A stretch of 63,556 nucleotides of DNA, filler included, from Octopus bimaculoides (Eukaryota), in the NCBI RefSeq assembly GCF_001194135.2. It is 8 parts of 8 records of this genome, joined end to end, with 100 filler letters (N's around TTAATTAATTAA, not from the genome) between each part and the next. Parts side by side here need not be neighbours in the genome. Positions count along the whole stretch, not along the records: positions 1 to 24,822 come from NC_068984.1; 7 more parts are not named here. The stretch is one strand, 5' to 3'. Made by a program: the position numbers and the translations under genes. The first letter of the stretch is position 1; every line of letters begins with the position of its first letter. The notes beneath the pieces are model-generated. The model was not told where the DNA came from. It did not search any database and worked only from the letters and a program-made list of their open reading frames with translations. This document shows, in pieces, positions 12,100-24,878 of the stretch.

Positions 12100-12220
12100 G
12101 CCTAGAATTGTAACTTCTGATGGTCATCTTATATTCATGACTGGTGTAAACCATAACATTACTTTCAAGTCAGCCTCAGGTGGTTTTGTTAACATCGATG
12201 GGCATAATTTAAAAGAAATG
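12100..12220 (+). CDS. CUBN: Cubilin-like gene, exon encoding the N-terminal (amnionless-binding) domain
   Basis: Acceptor ttttttcAG (12098-99), donor GTaata (12221). Translates (g)-PRIVTSDGHLIFMTGVNHNITFKSASGGFVNIDGHNLKEM, which aligns without gaps by eye to human cubilin [40 protein letters not shown] (recalled from memory). Phase 2 start, phase 0 end. Confidence 0.88.
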
Positions 12221-12724
12221 GTAATATAATTTCTTCTGTAATTTTTGTCTCAAACGTGTTTTATTTCTTTATTCAAGAGAAAGCATTTCCTGGCTAAACA
12301 CATATTTTCTTTTTTAGTATCATAACATATTTTGAAGTTTTTGGCACTTTTAATAAACTGTTTCTTTGTTGTTGGCTTTTAACTATGCAGTTTTTACATG
12401 GTGGCACCACATAAAAAAAAAACATGTGCACTGGTCATTATATGTAGTGACCACCAGGGGTCACTACATCACTCTGGTCTTGAATAATGATTTGATTGAT
12501 AGCTCTTTTCTAAAGGCCTATTTCAGGAATTGAACCCTTAACTGCAAGTTAGTAAAATAAACATCAATTATGCAGTGTTCCCCAACCCATGATGTTTACA
12601 ACAGCATAAAAGATTCTATGGTATCTATTCACAATTGAGTTGTCTGGATTTTAAAGATTTAATTTCACAGGCACTACACAGTACCAACAGTAAAATATAA
12701 TGATTTCTACTTTTTTTTTTATAG

Positions 12725-12808
12725 ATCTCATCTCAAAAGAAACTTAATGAAAACTTGAAATCTGAATTAGAACAAATGAAAGCTTCTCGGCAAACTTTGA
12801 ATTCAATG
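12725..12808 (+). CDS. CUBN: Cubilin-like coiled-coil exon (ISSQKKLNENLKSELEQMKASRQTLNSM)
   Basis: T-tract plus atAG acceptor (12723-24), donor GTaaat at 12809. 84 nt, phase 0/0, open in frame with the previous exon, heptad-like L/M spacing. Confidence 0.8.
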
Positions 12809-13989
12809 GTAAATGTTCTTTTTCTCTACTTTAGTTTAAAGTTGATGCTTCAAAATTAATCTTATTTCAGGTTCAAGAAAAATACTTGACTCTGTTTCTC
12901 TCTCTCTCCCTCTCTACCTCTTTCTCTCTCTCTCTCTCTCTTATATACCCATTCATCAAGTGGTAAGTTCTTGGTAAGCTGAATAAATTTGATTACTGGT
13001 TACTCTGTATGCATATAATTTCTAGATATCATTAAGAAAGAGAATGATAGATCCCTATATGATTGGTCATATAATAGAAAACAAAAATAAACTATGCTGG
13101 CTCTCATGGAGGCAAAGTGGCTGGGTACCTTTGATGTTTTACTCTTTAGCATTCAGAAAACTCTGTCAAATGTAATTGTTATTTATTGACAATGTTTTCA
13201 ATTAAACGTGCATTATCTTGTTGCTCAAGATTTCAATGATATGGCTGTTTATTTTCAGAATGACACTGTAGGGTAAGTGTAAGAGGTTAGATCTGGCCAC
13301 TGTGAACATAAAACAAGTTGAATATTTTGACCAGATGTGGCCAATTTAAATGCTAATGGGTTAATATGAAATTTGAAGTTACATTTTACTTTGTCTACCT
13401 TGTTATATTTTATCTTTGTTGTAAAGAACTCAGGACTATGTATTGCTCTGTGTTTATTTGTGTTAATATTTCATTGCATAATTATCCTATGGGCTGTGAA
13501 TACTATTGCTACTATTACTTCTACAGATGATGAGGATGGAGTGGAAGCAACGATTGTGTAGTAAACATAAGTCTCTATTGTCAAAAACCAAGTTTATCAA
13601 TGAGACTTGTTATTATGAGAAGAAGACAAGGTTCAGAGAATAACTTATGAGAAAAAAAAATAGTGATGGTGAGATTGTGATAATGATAGCAACAAAGTTG
13701 ACTGGGATTGTAAAAAGAATAGGCTTTGGAGTATGACAGTGGTGATGATGCCATTAATGGTGTGGATGATAATGATTATAAGAAAATATGTATTAGGAAC
13801 ATAACAATGATTGTACTGAGGTGAATATGGATATGCAGCTTTCAATGACCTTTTGTAGTTCAAAAATAGTCTTCTTTTAAAAATTATGTTGGGTTTATTA
13901 AATACAAGAAGATTTAAAGTTCATGTTATTTTTTTTATTGAATAAGTTAATGTTCAATTCATTTAAGAATATTTTTCAATTTATCTCAG

Positions 13990-14076
13990 TTATATAATAA
14001 TATAACACGGAAGCTGACCTCAATGGAACAAAATTATAACAGGTTGAAAAGCCGTCTTCAAAATTTAAACCTAAAT
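13990..14076 (+). CDS. CUBN: Cubilin-like coiled-coil exon (LYNNITRKLTSMEQNYNRLKSRLQNLNLN)
   Basis: Acceptor tctcAG (13988-89), consensus donor GTaagt at 14077. 87 nt, phase 0/0, heptad pattern. Confidence 0.8.
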
Positions 14077-16731
14077 GTAAGTATATGTTTTAATTGTCAA
14101 TACATGCAGTGTAAAAAAATAACAAACAAAAAATTGTCATATAACAATAAAAACAATTTTGTGTGTTGTAAGAATGTTCCATAAAAGAAGTAAGCTACAA
14201 AACACATGGTATGAAATAGTTTAGTCAGACCTGAAAGGAATGGGTCTCATGAATGAAGTATTAAAAATTAAGGCACATGGAAATATATTTTATTTCAGAA
14301 CCCATCTTCCTCATTATAATCTGGGAATTATAAACAAAATAGAAATTAAAAAATATCATAAAAAGTAAATAATCTTTGGTTGTTTTGATGATGAGTATTC
14401 CTCTTGTTCAACCAGTGAATTCTATTTATTCTTTGAATTATAATATAAGTGGGTATTTCAAACACATTTGTATTCTTAGCATAATCTGCAGGCAGATCAG
14501 TATGACACAGTGTGAGACAAGACCAGACTTTTTAAATTACAGTTCACCTGATGGAGTTTCCATATAGTTTGTCCACCTAATTTCAAGCAGAAGAATTGGA
14601 AAGACCCAAGGCAATGGTATGGTAGGAGACATGTACTGAAGGTGTTACACTGTGGAATTGAAATCAGAGCCTCATGATTATGAAAACAACTTTTTAACCA
14701 TTTGATAATGTCTGTACGTACCAATCAGACGCATATCCAGAATGTTGTCAAACGGTAAAGTAGTATGCCTTATCTGGAATAACACAGTTTTAGTAGCCTA
14801 GTGGTTAGTGTGATGCACTTATGATTGTCAGATCATGGATTCCATTCCTGGACTGGGTGGCACATTGTGTTCTTGAGCAAAACAATTCATTTCACAGAGT
14901 GGCAGAATTGTTGGTGTGTCAGCAGAAATGCTTTACAGTATATCTTCCAGCTCTCTGCATTATGAGTTCAAATGCCACCTGCTTGGAGAAGGCAATGGGA
15001 AACCACTCGGGTATTCATCCCAAGCCAAATCATGATAGTTGAAGGTCCAGTAACCTACATAACAGCATCAGGGGAGGGTACAAGCCCTCCCCGGTCACAA
15101 CAGAATGCTGGAGAAGGTCCATATGCACAAGACCTACCCAAGAGCAGACATCACTAGATAGAAAGATAGATAATAGCAATATTTGAACTTGTGGATTTTG
15201 GGACATCAGGCAAGCATATTTTAAATACATAAAAACTAATAGAAAAAAAAAAAATGAAATTACACTTCACAGAAATTCAGCTGGTTGAATTGGGCAAATG
15301 ATTAGCCTAGTAGCCAAAGAATCAATGTTTCATATTCCTTTATTTTACTGCAGTGTTTTAGCAATCACATAACTCTAAAAGGCTTAGTTCATAAGGCTGC
15401 AAATAGGTACTACTAATATGCTAGTATTGTTGACTACCATAAGCTGCTGGAGCTTTGTATAATTAATGATAGTTAAGTTAGCTTGCAATACTAAGTCCAA
15501 CTCTTCCTGTGGATATAGCTTATAAAAATAATGGGCTCTGCCAGATTTATTTTATTCAAAGTACTGTGTAAAGACTAATTGATGCAATTTCTCTGCATTG
15601 TCACTATTTAAACTCTAGTGACATGTTAAGGATTTTGAAACAGAATGTGTTGAATATTTTTTTAATGTAAAATTAAACATTAGCCAAATTGATCTTTTCT
15701 GTTTAACTTACTCTGTCAGTATTAGTAGATGAGAAAGAAGTTATAAGCACCGCTTGTCCTATTTAGATCAATAAATGCAAAAATGGGCACACAATTCTTG
15801 AAAACAGTTAACTCAGGATTAAGTTAAGATTTTGCAGTACAAGTGTAAAAAAAAAAAATTCTTGGTTTCAAAATATCATCATCATCATCATCATCATCAT
15901 CAACATCATTGTCATTATTATTATTGGGCAATATTTCAAAGTTTAGAATTGTAGTACTCTGATGACTAAGCACCTATTAAATGCATGCTTTTTTAGTTTT
16001 GCTCACCTATATTCTGCGCTGAGATTTTATCAACGGTTACTTAACTTTTTTTCCCTTTAGGATTTCTATAATAAGCATGGATAGCATACTGGGTTGATTC
16101 AGTTGACAATAGCTAATCCTATATAAAAATTAGTCTTGTATCTAATCAAAAGAAATCACTCAGATTAGATATTTGGCAGAAATAACATTTCTAGGCTTAA
16201 TGCAGCACTACTTAGTTCTGTCCTTCTATGTTGTTAATTTAAATGCTACAATGGTGAACTTTACTTGTAATTCCACAAAAACAATAAAAGAAAGTAATAA
16301 TAAAAATATATAATCAGCTATACTCGTCTACAAAACATAACTTTATACTAATAAATCAACTGATTTTTCTTTGATTAAGTTTTCTCCTATGTACTAACAC
16401 AAATTTTTGTCTTAATTACTAAAAAATCCCCAAATTATTTTTGATAGAAAATATTTTTAGATACAGAATTATAAAAGAAATATTTCTCTGGTGATTTGAA
16501 TTACTGTATTTGATGGCATATAAGATGCAATCCCACCCCAAAATGTCTCAGAAATCATCCTGGGTCCTATATGTGAAGTTGCTTTAAATGTTACATACTT
16601 TAACGCATTCAAAATTTTTTTTCTTGAATATGCATTGCTGAAATTAGAGTGCTTCTAATATGCCATCGGATATAGTATTTCAAAATCATTTTCACTTGCA
16701 CTAATAATAATAATGCTTTTGAACATTGCAG

Positions 16732-16839
16732 CAGTCAGGTTCTGGAAGCAATCTTGTATCCAGAATAATATCTTTAGAAAACAAATTGAAATTTGATCCA
16801 AGGGTGCTACAGTCATCAGTGGAACTGTTAAAAACACAA
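16732..16839 (+). CDS. CUBN: Cubilin-like coiled-coil exon (QSGSGSNLVSRIISLENKLKFDPRVLQSSVELLKTQ)
   Basis: Acceptor ttgcAG (16730-31; NAGNAG with an alternative AG at 16733-34), donor GTaaga at 16840. 108 nt, phase 0/0; part of track ORF 16726-17007. Confidence 0.72.
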
Positions 16840-19007
16840 GTAAGATCTTTCATTTCTTTTTTTGCTCATTTTTATTTATTTCTTTATTGCCCACAGGGGG
16901 CTAAACATAGAGGGGACAAACAAGGACAGACAAAAGGATTAAGTCGATTACCAGTGCATAACTGGTACTTATTTAATCGACCCCGAAAGGATGACAGGCA
17001 AAGTTGACCTCAACGGAATTTGAACTCAGAACGTAACGGCAGACGAAATACTGCTAAGCATTTCGCCTGGCGTGCTAACGATTCTGCCAGCTCACTTCCC
17101 TTTTGCTCATTTTTATTAATTTTTATTCGTCATCTAAATCCATTGTAATAAATTTAGTTGTTATTGTTTACTCTCAAATCAACCCAAATTGAACAGGCTT
17201 ATGATCAATAGCATTACAGTCATGACTGTCCTGTCTTTTTCTTGGTATTATCTAGAAGTACATTGGATAATTCGTTGTTATCTTATTTAAGATGGTATGT
17301 GTAATTTGAGGAAGATTTGGCTGCTATTCCTTGTAGGTTGTGTGACCATGTAGAAGCTCTCTTGTTTTAGTTGTTCATGCTTGCTATAGAACTGAGATAG
17401 CTTTCTGTGAGGTGGGCCAGGAAACAAGTCTTGTTTCCTGGATATGGCTAGACTGTGGAGGACATAATCAAAAGATCATTGAAGAAAATATCTTGGGGCG
17501 TTTTATGTCTTTTTACAGTCTGAGTCCAAATCTTGTTGATAAAATAAGCACTACCCTATAAGTACTGGAGCTTATATAAATGACTATAAACTTGAAGATA
17601 ATGCTCCAGCATGGTCATAGTTCTATGATGAAAATCAGTAAGAGAATAAAATAACATTGTTGTATTTCAGGATGGTAATTTTTTTTTTGCCAAATAAACA
17701 CATGCACTTTATATTTGTTCTTCATTTGTTTATTATTGTTCTTATTTTAATGTCCATTATCCTTTTTGAGGAGACAAAACAAAGAAAAAAAAAACAAAAA
17801 CAAAAAAACAAAACAAGCAGGTTGCACAGTTTTATTTCTTTTCTATAAATTTAAAACTTTTGCTTATGATCTCTTGATCTTAAATCTAAAGTCTTATGCT
17901 TATTGTATAAAACACCAATCTATCATAGTTAACATTTTCTGATGATTTAGTATCTATTCAGTCCCACTGCGTGGCATCTTGGGCAAGTGTCTTCTACTAT
18001 AGCCTCGGGCCAACCAAAGCCTTGTGAGTGGATTTGGTAGACGGAAACTGAAAGAAGCCCGTCGTATATATGTATATATATATATATATGTGTGTGTATG
18101 TGTTTGTCCCCTTAGCATTGCTTGACAACTGATGCTGGTGGGTTTATGTCCCCGTCACTTAGCAGTTCGGCAAACGAGACCGATAGAATAAGTACTAGGC
18201 TTACAAAGAATAAGTCCCCGGGGTCGATTTGCTCGACTAAAGGCGGTGCTCCAGCATGGCCGCAGTCAAATGACTGAAACAAGTAAAAGAGTAAAAGAGT
18301 ATTCATATTCGATAGGTGAATTCAGACATAATTAATTTAAAGTACAGCTTGAATACACAGCAGTCGATTTTAAACTCAAGATGTGGAAAGCGATAGATCT
18401 CAATCTGAATAGAATGTCATTTCTTCTCCATTGTGCTTATATAGAATAATGAATTCCAACAGAGTTCATTATAATTATTTTCCTTGACATGAAAGCATGG
18501 TTGGCAAAGAATCTATAGCATTAGACAACAAGCTGAGAGACCTGCAGTTTGTATTTTGACAACAACACTGGATTGTATATGTAATGAATGCCTTTTAACT
18601 TTTATACAGCCCAAATTATTGCTTGGTATGAGAAGTTCAATGTATTAATCAACTTCTACCTTGTAGATAAGAGTTTTGTTAGTTTTCTGAGCTGAGTTCA
18701 ACTCTCTTGTTGGCATATCTTGGAAAGAACTGAGATCTACTCATTTAAGTTGCTTTATACTACATGAAGATAAGCTTGTTAGTGGAGCATCTTTTACTTA
18801 TTGGTTATAAGATTCCTTATTTTACTTTCCATATTAAAATACATCATTAGTGTTATATGCATTTTAGGCAGGTAGTCCAAGATATGGCTTCATTCCCCAT
18901 CATCATATCATCATCATCATTTAACATTTTTTTCAAGCTGTAAATGTAGTTATGTTCCTCGATAAGAAAGGAATGAGAAAGGAGCATTAAGTTATTATAC
19001 TTAGTAG

Positions 19008-19378
19008 TTATTATCTCTGCTATAGTGAAGGTGGCGGTATTGTTTTCAGTTGTGTTTGTTTGTTTGTCCTTGGACAAGATATCTCAAGAACCACTGGATG
19101 GACTCAGATGAAACTTTCAGGGATGTTTGGCCTCATGACTGGCATGAACTGATTAGATTTTGGGATCAATCTGGTGCCAGACAAAGATTCTAAATTATTT
19201 TTCCTGTTATTTTACTTAATTTTTGAGAGTGTTCAGGTTCAGTTGTAGCATTCTTGTTTGTAAGAGCAGTTGAGTTTATTTCAGGCATTCTCATTTTAAA
19301 AATAATCTCTGGCTAATTGTTGAGAGGACGTTGGTTTTTGCCTTGGCAGAGGTTTGCGCTCTCTGATTGCTCTTGTTT
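19008..19378 (+). mobile_element. Helentron-associated non-autonomous element (HINE/DINE-1-like)
   Basis: 5' ttattatctctgc, (tttg)n microsatellite, ...atgaaacttt..., 3' subterminal IR ccttggcagag followed by the short hairpin gcgctctctgattgc and a T-rich end. Confidence 0.6.
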
Positions 19379-19439
19379 CTTTGATTTTTAGATGTATATT
19401 TTATTTTAGATTTTTGTTGCTTCTTCAATAAACTTCATG

Positions 19440-20314
19440 TACATGGTTTGATTAATAAGTATCCGGACTGTTGCCATAGTAACAAAGCTAAAGCATGTAG
19501 AATGAAGTCACTTGGCACAGATTGACCTTAAACTTCACTGTGCATGTGCACTAAGTTTTAACGTTCTAGCTCACTTCTGCTGTTTACAGCAGTGCTTAGA
19601 AGGAAGGTGTGTAGTGTGTGATCATCGCATTGACCATTACAGAAAGTTGAGCAGAGAACCTGCATTAAATTTTGCCAAAAGCTTGGCGATACCTGTTCAG
19701 AGGCCTACACAAAGTTTTCAAAAAGTTTTCATCATTCTTGACACCTGAAGCCTGAGTGTCTTTTTGGTCAGCTGAAAGCAATTTTGACACGAACTTGGCA
19801 GACATGCATCTTATACATAAATCTTCAGTGATAATGGACTGAACTGAACCATAACTAATCTGCACATCCTCTGATAACTCACAGATGGTGATTTGATAAT
19901 TTCCCCCCACAACTGCATGCACATCTGTGATGTTTTTTCAGTTCTGCTGGTTGCAGATCTCCCAGAACATTCATCAATATCAACATTTTTTTGGCCATCT
20001 TGGAAATGCCCAAACTACTCGTATACTTGTGTGTGGCTCATACACTCCTCTCCATATACTTTCTGCAACTTTGCATAGGCCTCTGAGCAGGTGTTACCAT
20101 AACAACTCTCTCTGTCATGGTTAGTGTGATGATCACAAGCTATACACCTTCCTTCCAAGCACTGTTGTAAACAGCAGAAATGAGCTAGAATGTTAAAACT
20201 TAGTGTGCATGCACAGTAGAGGTTAAGGATAATCTTTGCCAAGTCTCTTCACTCTGTGTGCTTTAGGTTTGTTACTATGGCAACAGTCGGGATACTTATT
20301 GATCAGACCTTGTA
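19440..20314. mobile_element. Mariner derivative built from two left ends head-to-head
   Basis: TA at both ends, about 290-bp inverted repeats. The + arm encodes EQRTCIKFCQKLGDTCSEAY; the - arm encodes GNTCSEAYAKLQKVYG..SHTQVYE..SGRSATS..ISYGSVQSIITEDL..SAKFVSKLL. Confidence 0.85.
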
Positions 20315-20339
20315 TATATCTTCGATTGTCTCTATGCAC

Positions 20340-20415
<76 letters not shown>

Positions 20416-21869
20416 GAGAGTTTGTGTGTGTGTGTGTGTGTGTGCATGTCTGTGTGCGTATGTTCCTTATGCATTCAAAAACTGAGTTGCTGATTTTGAC
20501 GTATGAGTTATCAAAAGATTCAGTAATCTTTCAGCTACCAAATAAACTTTATTTTCATTTACATGATCTCTGTTATCTCAACAACCAGCTATAGCTATTT
20601 GAAAGACACTGTTCTACTATGACCAGGTTTCATTAGAAAGTGAAAATAGTTTCACACTTACAACTTGAACCAAAATTATAAAGTGTTGCATTATGAGAGT
20701 GATGATGTGTGAATAATGAAAGTATTGTTTCTCTGAATTAGTCACATCTCTACTATAATAAGGAAAGCTGCTTATCAGCTATCTATATATATATAAAGGC
20801 TACCAAATAAACTATGTTTTTGGCATAACATTTCCTTTTTACTACTAAAATAACCTCAGAAACGAGGTTGGGTTGCACAATTTTGATATCATTTTCAGGC
20901 AATATTTCAATTTGCTTCTAATGTTTCACCTTTATACGATGTTTCATGGATGTATAGAATTCTACTCAAACAAACATTTATGAAAATGTACACATAAATA
21001 TTGTATTAAAATAAGCCACAACTAAAAAAATTTCATTAAAAGACATCCATTACTCTGTATGTTATGAGGAGGTACAGTCACTCACTCTCACTCTCACACG
21101 CACACATACATACAAAAAAGATGTATGCATAGTAGTTATGTATGTGTATATGGAAGATAATGTGTGTGCATGTGTGTGAAAGAGAGAGAGAGAGAGCAAG
21201 TGAGTGCCATTTATACATGCAAAAATATACAACATACAACTTCGCTCACTCACTCTCTTTCTCTTTCATGCATACATACACATACACACACACACACATC
21301 CATTTCATATACATGTACATCTTTCACTTTCTCCTCTCTTTCACTTTCTGCTTTCACTTCAAAACAAATGTCACCTTTTCACTTTCTCATCTCTTTCAAT
21401 TTCTATTCTCTTCAAAACATAAGGAAATAAATTTTTTTTATGGAAACTAATGAACAATCATATGATCCCATATGATCAAGCTGACAACTTTGCTGCTTCA
21501 AACAAAAGAATGTCATAAAATAACTTCCTTTGGTACACACATGCACACGCACCCGTGCGCACACACACCCACACACACGCTCTAGATAAAAGTTCTGTAT
21601 GAATTATGTTATATCTTACTGTGTGCACATGCAAAATTACAGCTCAAATCCAATTGAAATGACCATTTTCTATTCTTTAATTTGTGTTTGTGATGAGTGT
21701 ATTTAAAAACCTGATCTTTGATAAAAACTGAAAAGGAAGTTTTCCCAGAAATCCTGTCCTTTACCTGTTATTTCTAGCATGTCTGAGGTGACATTTGTGC
21801 CCCACTTTATTTATTTCCTAAATTTCTTCTGATTCCTATGTTTTCGATATTGGAGATTAGGATTTCAAT

Positions 21870-22490
21870 CCCAAAACATGTTTCCAATGTTTTAATTTTT
21901 TCCTTCCCTACCCCAATTTCTTCATTTCTTACTTTTTTCCCAATTTTTTGTTGGTAATTCATGGAGAAAGAAAACAGAGAGTATGAATCTTTAGGAATTT
22001 TATTTTTCCTTTTTTTCTTAAAGAAACACTGAAATCTCCTTCCCAAACATCCACCCATCACCTCACCACTTTCAAAAAGCTACAAACTCCCAATGTTTCA
22101 CTTTTAGCTTTTTGGAAAATGGGGAAGTTTCTTCAGAAATGATGTCATTTACCTGTTGTTTCTAGCATATTGGGATTTCTGGTGGTGGTCTGGTAATTTT
22201 TATGTCTGCTATTTCAGTACAATTCTAAGCATGCACGAAACATCAGACATAAGTGAAATATTGGGAGGTTTTAGCTTTTTGAAAGTGAGTAGGTGATGGG
22301 TGGGTGAGGTATGGGAAGGGGCATTGAGTGTTTCTTTAAGAAAAATTAAACTTAAAAAAATATATATATATTTCCCAGATTCATAATCTCTGTAATTTTC
22401 TATACAGATAAAAAAAAAAATTCGAAAAAATGTTACAAATTAAGATATTGCTGTGGGGATGGGGGAAATTAAAATTTTGGAAACGTGATT
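21870..22490. mobile_element. Old MITE or inverted repeat
   Basis: About 21900-22110 is the diverged reverse complement of about 22250-22470 (cttaaagaaacact..ccatcacct..ctttcaaaaagcta..ctcccaat.tttcactt). Confidence 0.65.
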
Positions 22491-22759
22491 TCTGAGCAAA
22501 GGCATATTAACCCCCTTTTATATGATGGCACAATACATAGTTTGTGATCCTTCTTAAAAACAGAAAGCATTTTCATGCAAATCCATGCAAATTGTACCCT
22601 CCCCACTTCACTTTTAAACAAACAATAACTTCCATTCCACCAGTAATCCAGTTCACCATAAATCAGCTGTGCTGATTCTGCCCATAAAAGAATAAATAAT
22701 ACAATGTGGCTGCAGGTCATAACAATGCTGGGATGCGTTGCTAGTGTGTGTGTATGTAT

Positions 22760-23470
22760 CATCATCATCATCATCATCATCGTTTAACGTCCACTTTCCA
22801 TGCTAGCATGGGTTGGATGATTTGACTGAGGACTGGTGAACCAGATAGCTACACCAGGCTCCAATCTGATCTGGCAGAGTTTCTACAGCTGGATGCTCTT
22901 CCTAACACCAACCACTCCGAGAGTGTAGTGGGTGCTTTTACGTGCCACTGGCACGAGGGCCAGTCAGGTAGTACTGGCAATGGCCACGTCAAATGGCATT
23001 TTTTACATGCCACCTGCACAGGAGCCAGTCCAGCGGCACTGGCAACGATCTCGCGCGAATGCTTTTTCCTGTGCCACCGGCACAAGTGCCAGTAAGGCAA
23101 CGCTGGTAATGATCACACTCAAATGTGCTTTTTACGTGCCACTGGCACAGAAGTCAGACAGCTGCTCTGGCAATGATCAGGCTTCGATGGTGCTATTAGC
23201 ACTCCACTGGCACAGATGCCAGTTATCGAATTTGGTTCGATTTCGATTTCACTTGCCTCAACAGGTCGTCGCAAGCAGAGTTTAGTGTCCAGTGAAGGAA
23301 AGGTATTCATAAGTGGGCTGGCTACACCCCTGGCAAAGGCCACGAGTTACGGTCTCACTTGGCTTGCCAGGTCTTCTCACGCACAGCATATTTCCAAAGG
23401 TCTCGGTCACTAGTCATTGCCTCAGTGAGGCCTAATGTTTGAAGGTCGTGCTTCACCACCTCATCCCATA
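22760..23470 (-). mobile_element. RTE LINE 3' end with (TGA)n tail; further UTR fragments at 7440-7620 and 24350-24565
   Basis: High similarity to 1-210 and 1350-1590; poly(tca) on + at 22757-22782. Confidence 0.85.
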
Positions 23471-23716
23471 ATTTGTGTGTGTGTGTCTAATCTCAGTGCC
23501 AATATTTATATTCTATATACCAGTGTAATGATTTATTTTGTAAGTTTAGTTATCTTTGTAATTCTATATCACTTTAGTTATCTTTTGTATATGTCAGAAC
23601 CTGTACATCTACATANNNNNNNNNNNNNNNNNNNNNNNNNNNNNNNNNNNNNNNNNNNNNNNNNNNNNNNNNNNNNNNNNNNNNNNNNNNNNNNNNNNNN
23701 NNNNNNNNNNNNNNNN

Positions 23717-23748
<32 letters not shown>

Positions 23749-23965
23749 ATTTGTGTGTGTGTGTCTAATCTCAGTGCCAATATTTATATTCTATATACCA
23801 GTGTAATGATTTATTTTGTAAGTTTAGTTATCTTTGTAATTCTATATCACTTTAGTTATCTTTTGTATATGTCAGAACCTGTACATCTACATAATTTATC
23901 TTCTATATATCATTGTGCGTGAGCACACGTGCATGTGTGTGCACGCACATGCACACACACGCGCG

Positions 23966-24047
<82 letters not shown>

Positions 24048-24866
24048 TTGAGGAATCTTCTTTATCTTAGTGTGATTTAATATCCCTTCAGTTATCTTCT
24101 ATATACTAGTGTACTATATCTCCTCTGTCATCTTCTGTGAACCTTTGTGATTCTATATTGTTCTGCAACTATTTATCTCTTGGAATTTTTATATCATTAT
24201 AAAGGTCCTTTTTCCATCAGGAGTTGGTTATGAAATTTGCTTCAGCCATTGTTGTGCATCATATTAATCTGGTAGACTCACTGAGAATAGATCTTAGCAT
24301 ACATTTAACTTAGTGGATTTGTAATAAAATCATTTTGTTGTTTAAAGTCCTGGCATGGGTCGGACGGTTTGACTGAGGGCTGGCGAACCAGAAGGCTGCA
24401 CCAGCCTCCAATCCGATCTGGCAATGTTTCTACAGCTGGATGCCTTTCCTAACACCAACCACTCCAAGAGTGTAATGGGTGCTTTTTACGTGCCACCGGC
24501 ATGGGGGCCAGTCAGGTGGCACGGGCAACGACCATGCTCAAATGGTGTTTTTTACATGCCACCTTAATTACATAAGTGAAATTATCAAAAAGCCAAAAAA
24601 CTATACAATTAAACCTTGAGAGAGGCATTATGCCGGTAATAAACATACGCACTGGTTCAGTCCTTTATTAATTTATATAGTTTTTTGTTAAATTATTTCA
24701 TTGCACTCTGGCAATCTCTTCAGATTCTTGATGTGGATACGTGTGTTGAAAGAAATACAATTAAACCTTGGGAGAGGCATTATGCCGGTAATAAACATAC
24801 GCACTGGTTCAGTCCTTTATTANNNNNNNNNNNNNNNNNNNNNNNNNNNNNNNNNNNNNNNNNNNN

Positions 24867-24878
24867 TTAATTAATTAA
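24867..24878. other. Artificial six-frame-stop linker TTAATTAATTAA inside an N gap; also near 42862, 46330, 53758, 57119, 59519, 60767
   Basis: Identical palindromic 12-mer flanked by about 44 N on each side, seven times. Confidence 0.9.

Noticed and set aside
16840-17007. Read-through of the last exon to a stop at 17007 as a true C-terminus
   Set aside because: There is a strong donor at 16840, and the extension runs into an antisense SINE.
22469-22780. Minus-strand ORF with a signal-peptide-like start
   Set aside because: It starts in a (TGA)n LINE tail and ends in a MITE arm; no homology or splice support recognised.
24867-24878. Recurrent TTAATTAATTAA palindrome as a biological motif
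   Set aside because: It is always embedded in N runs and places stops in all six frames, so it is an assembly linker.
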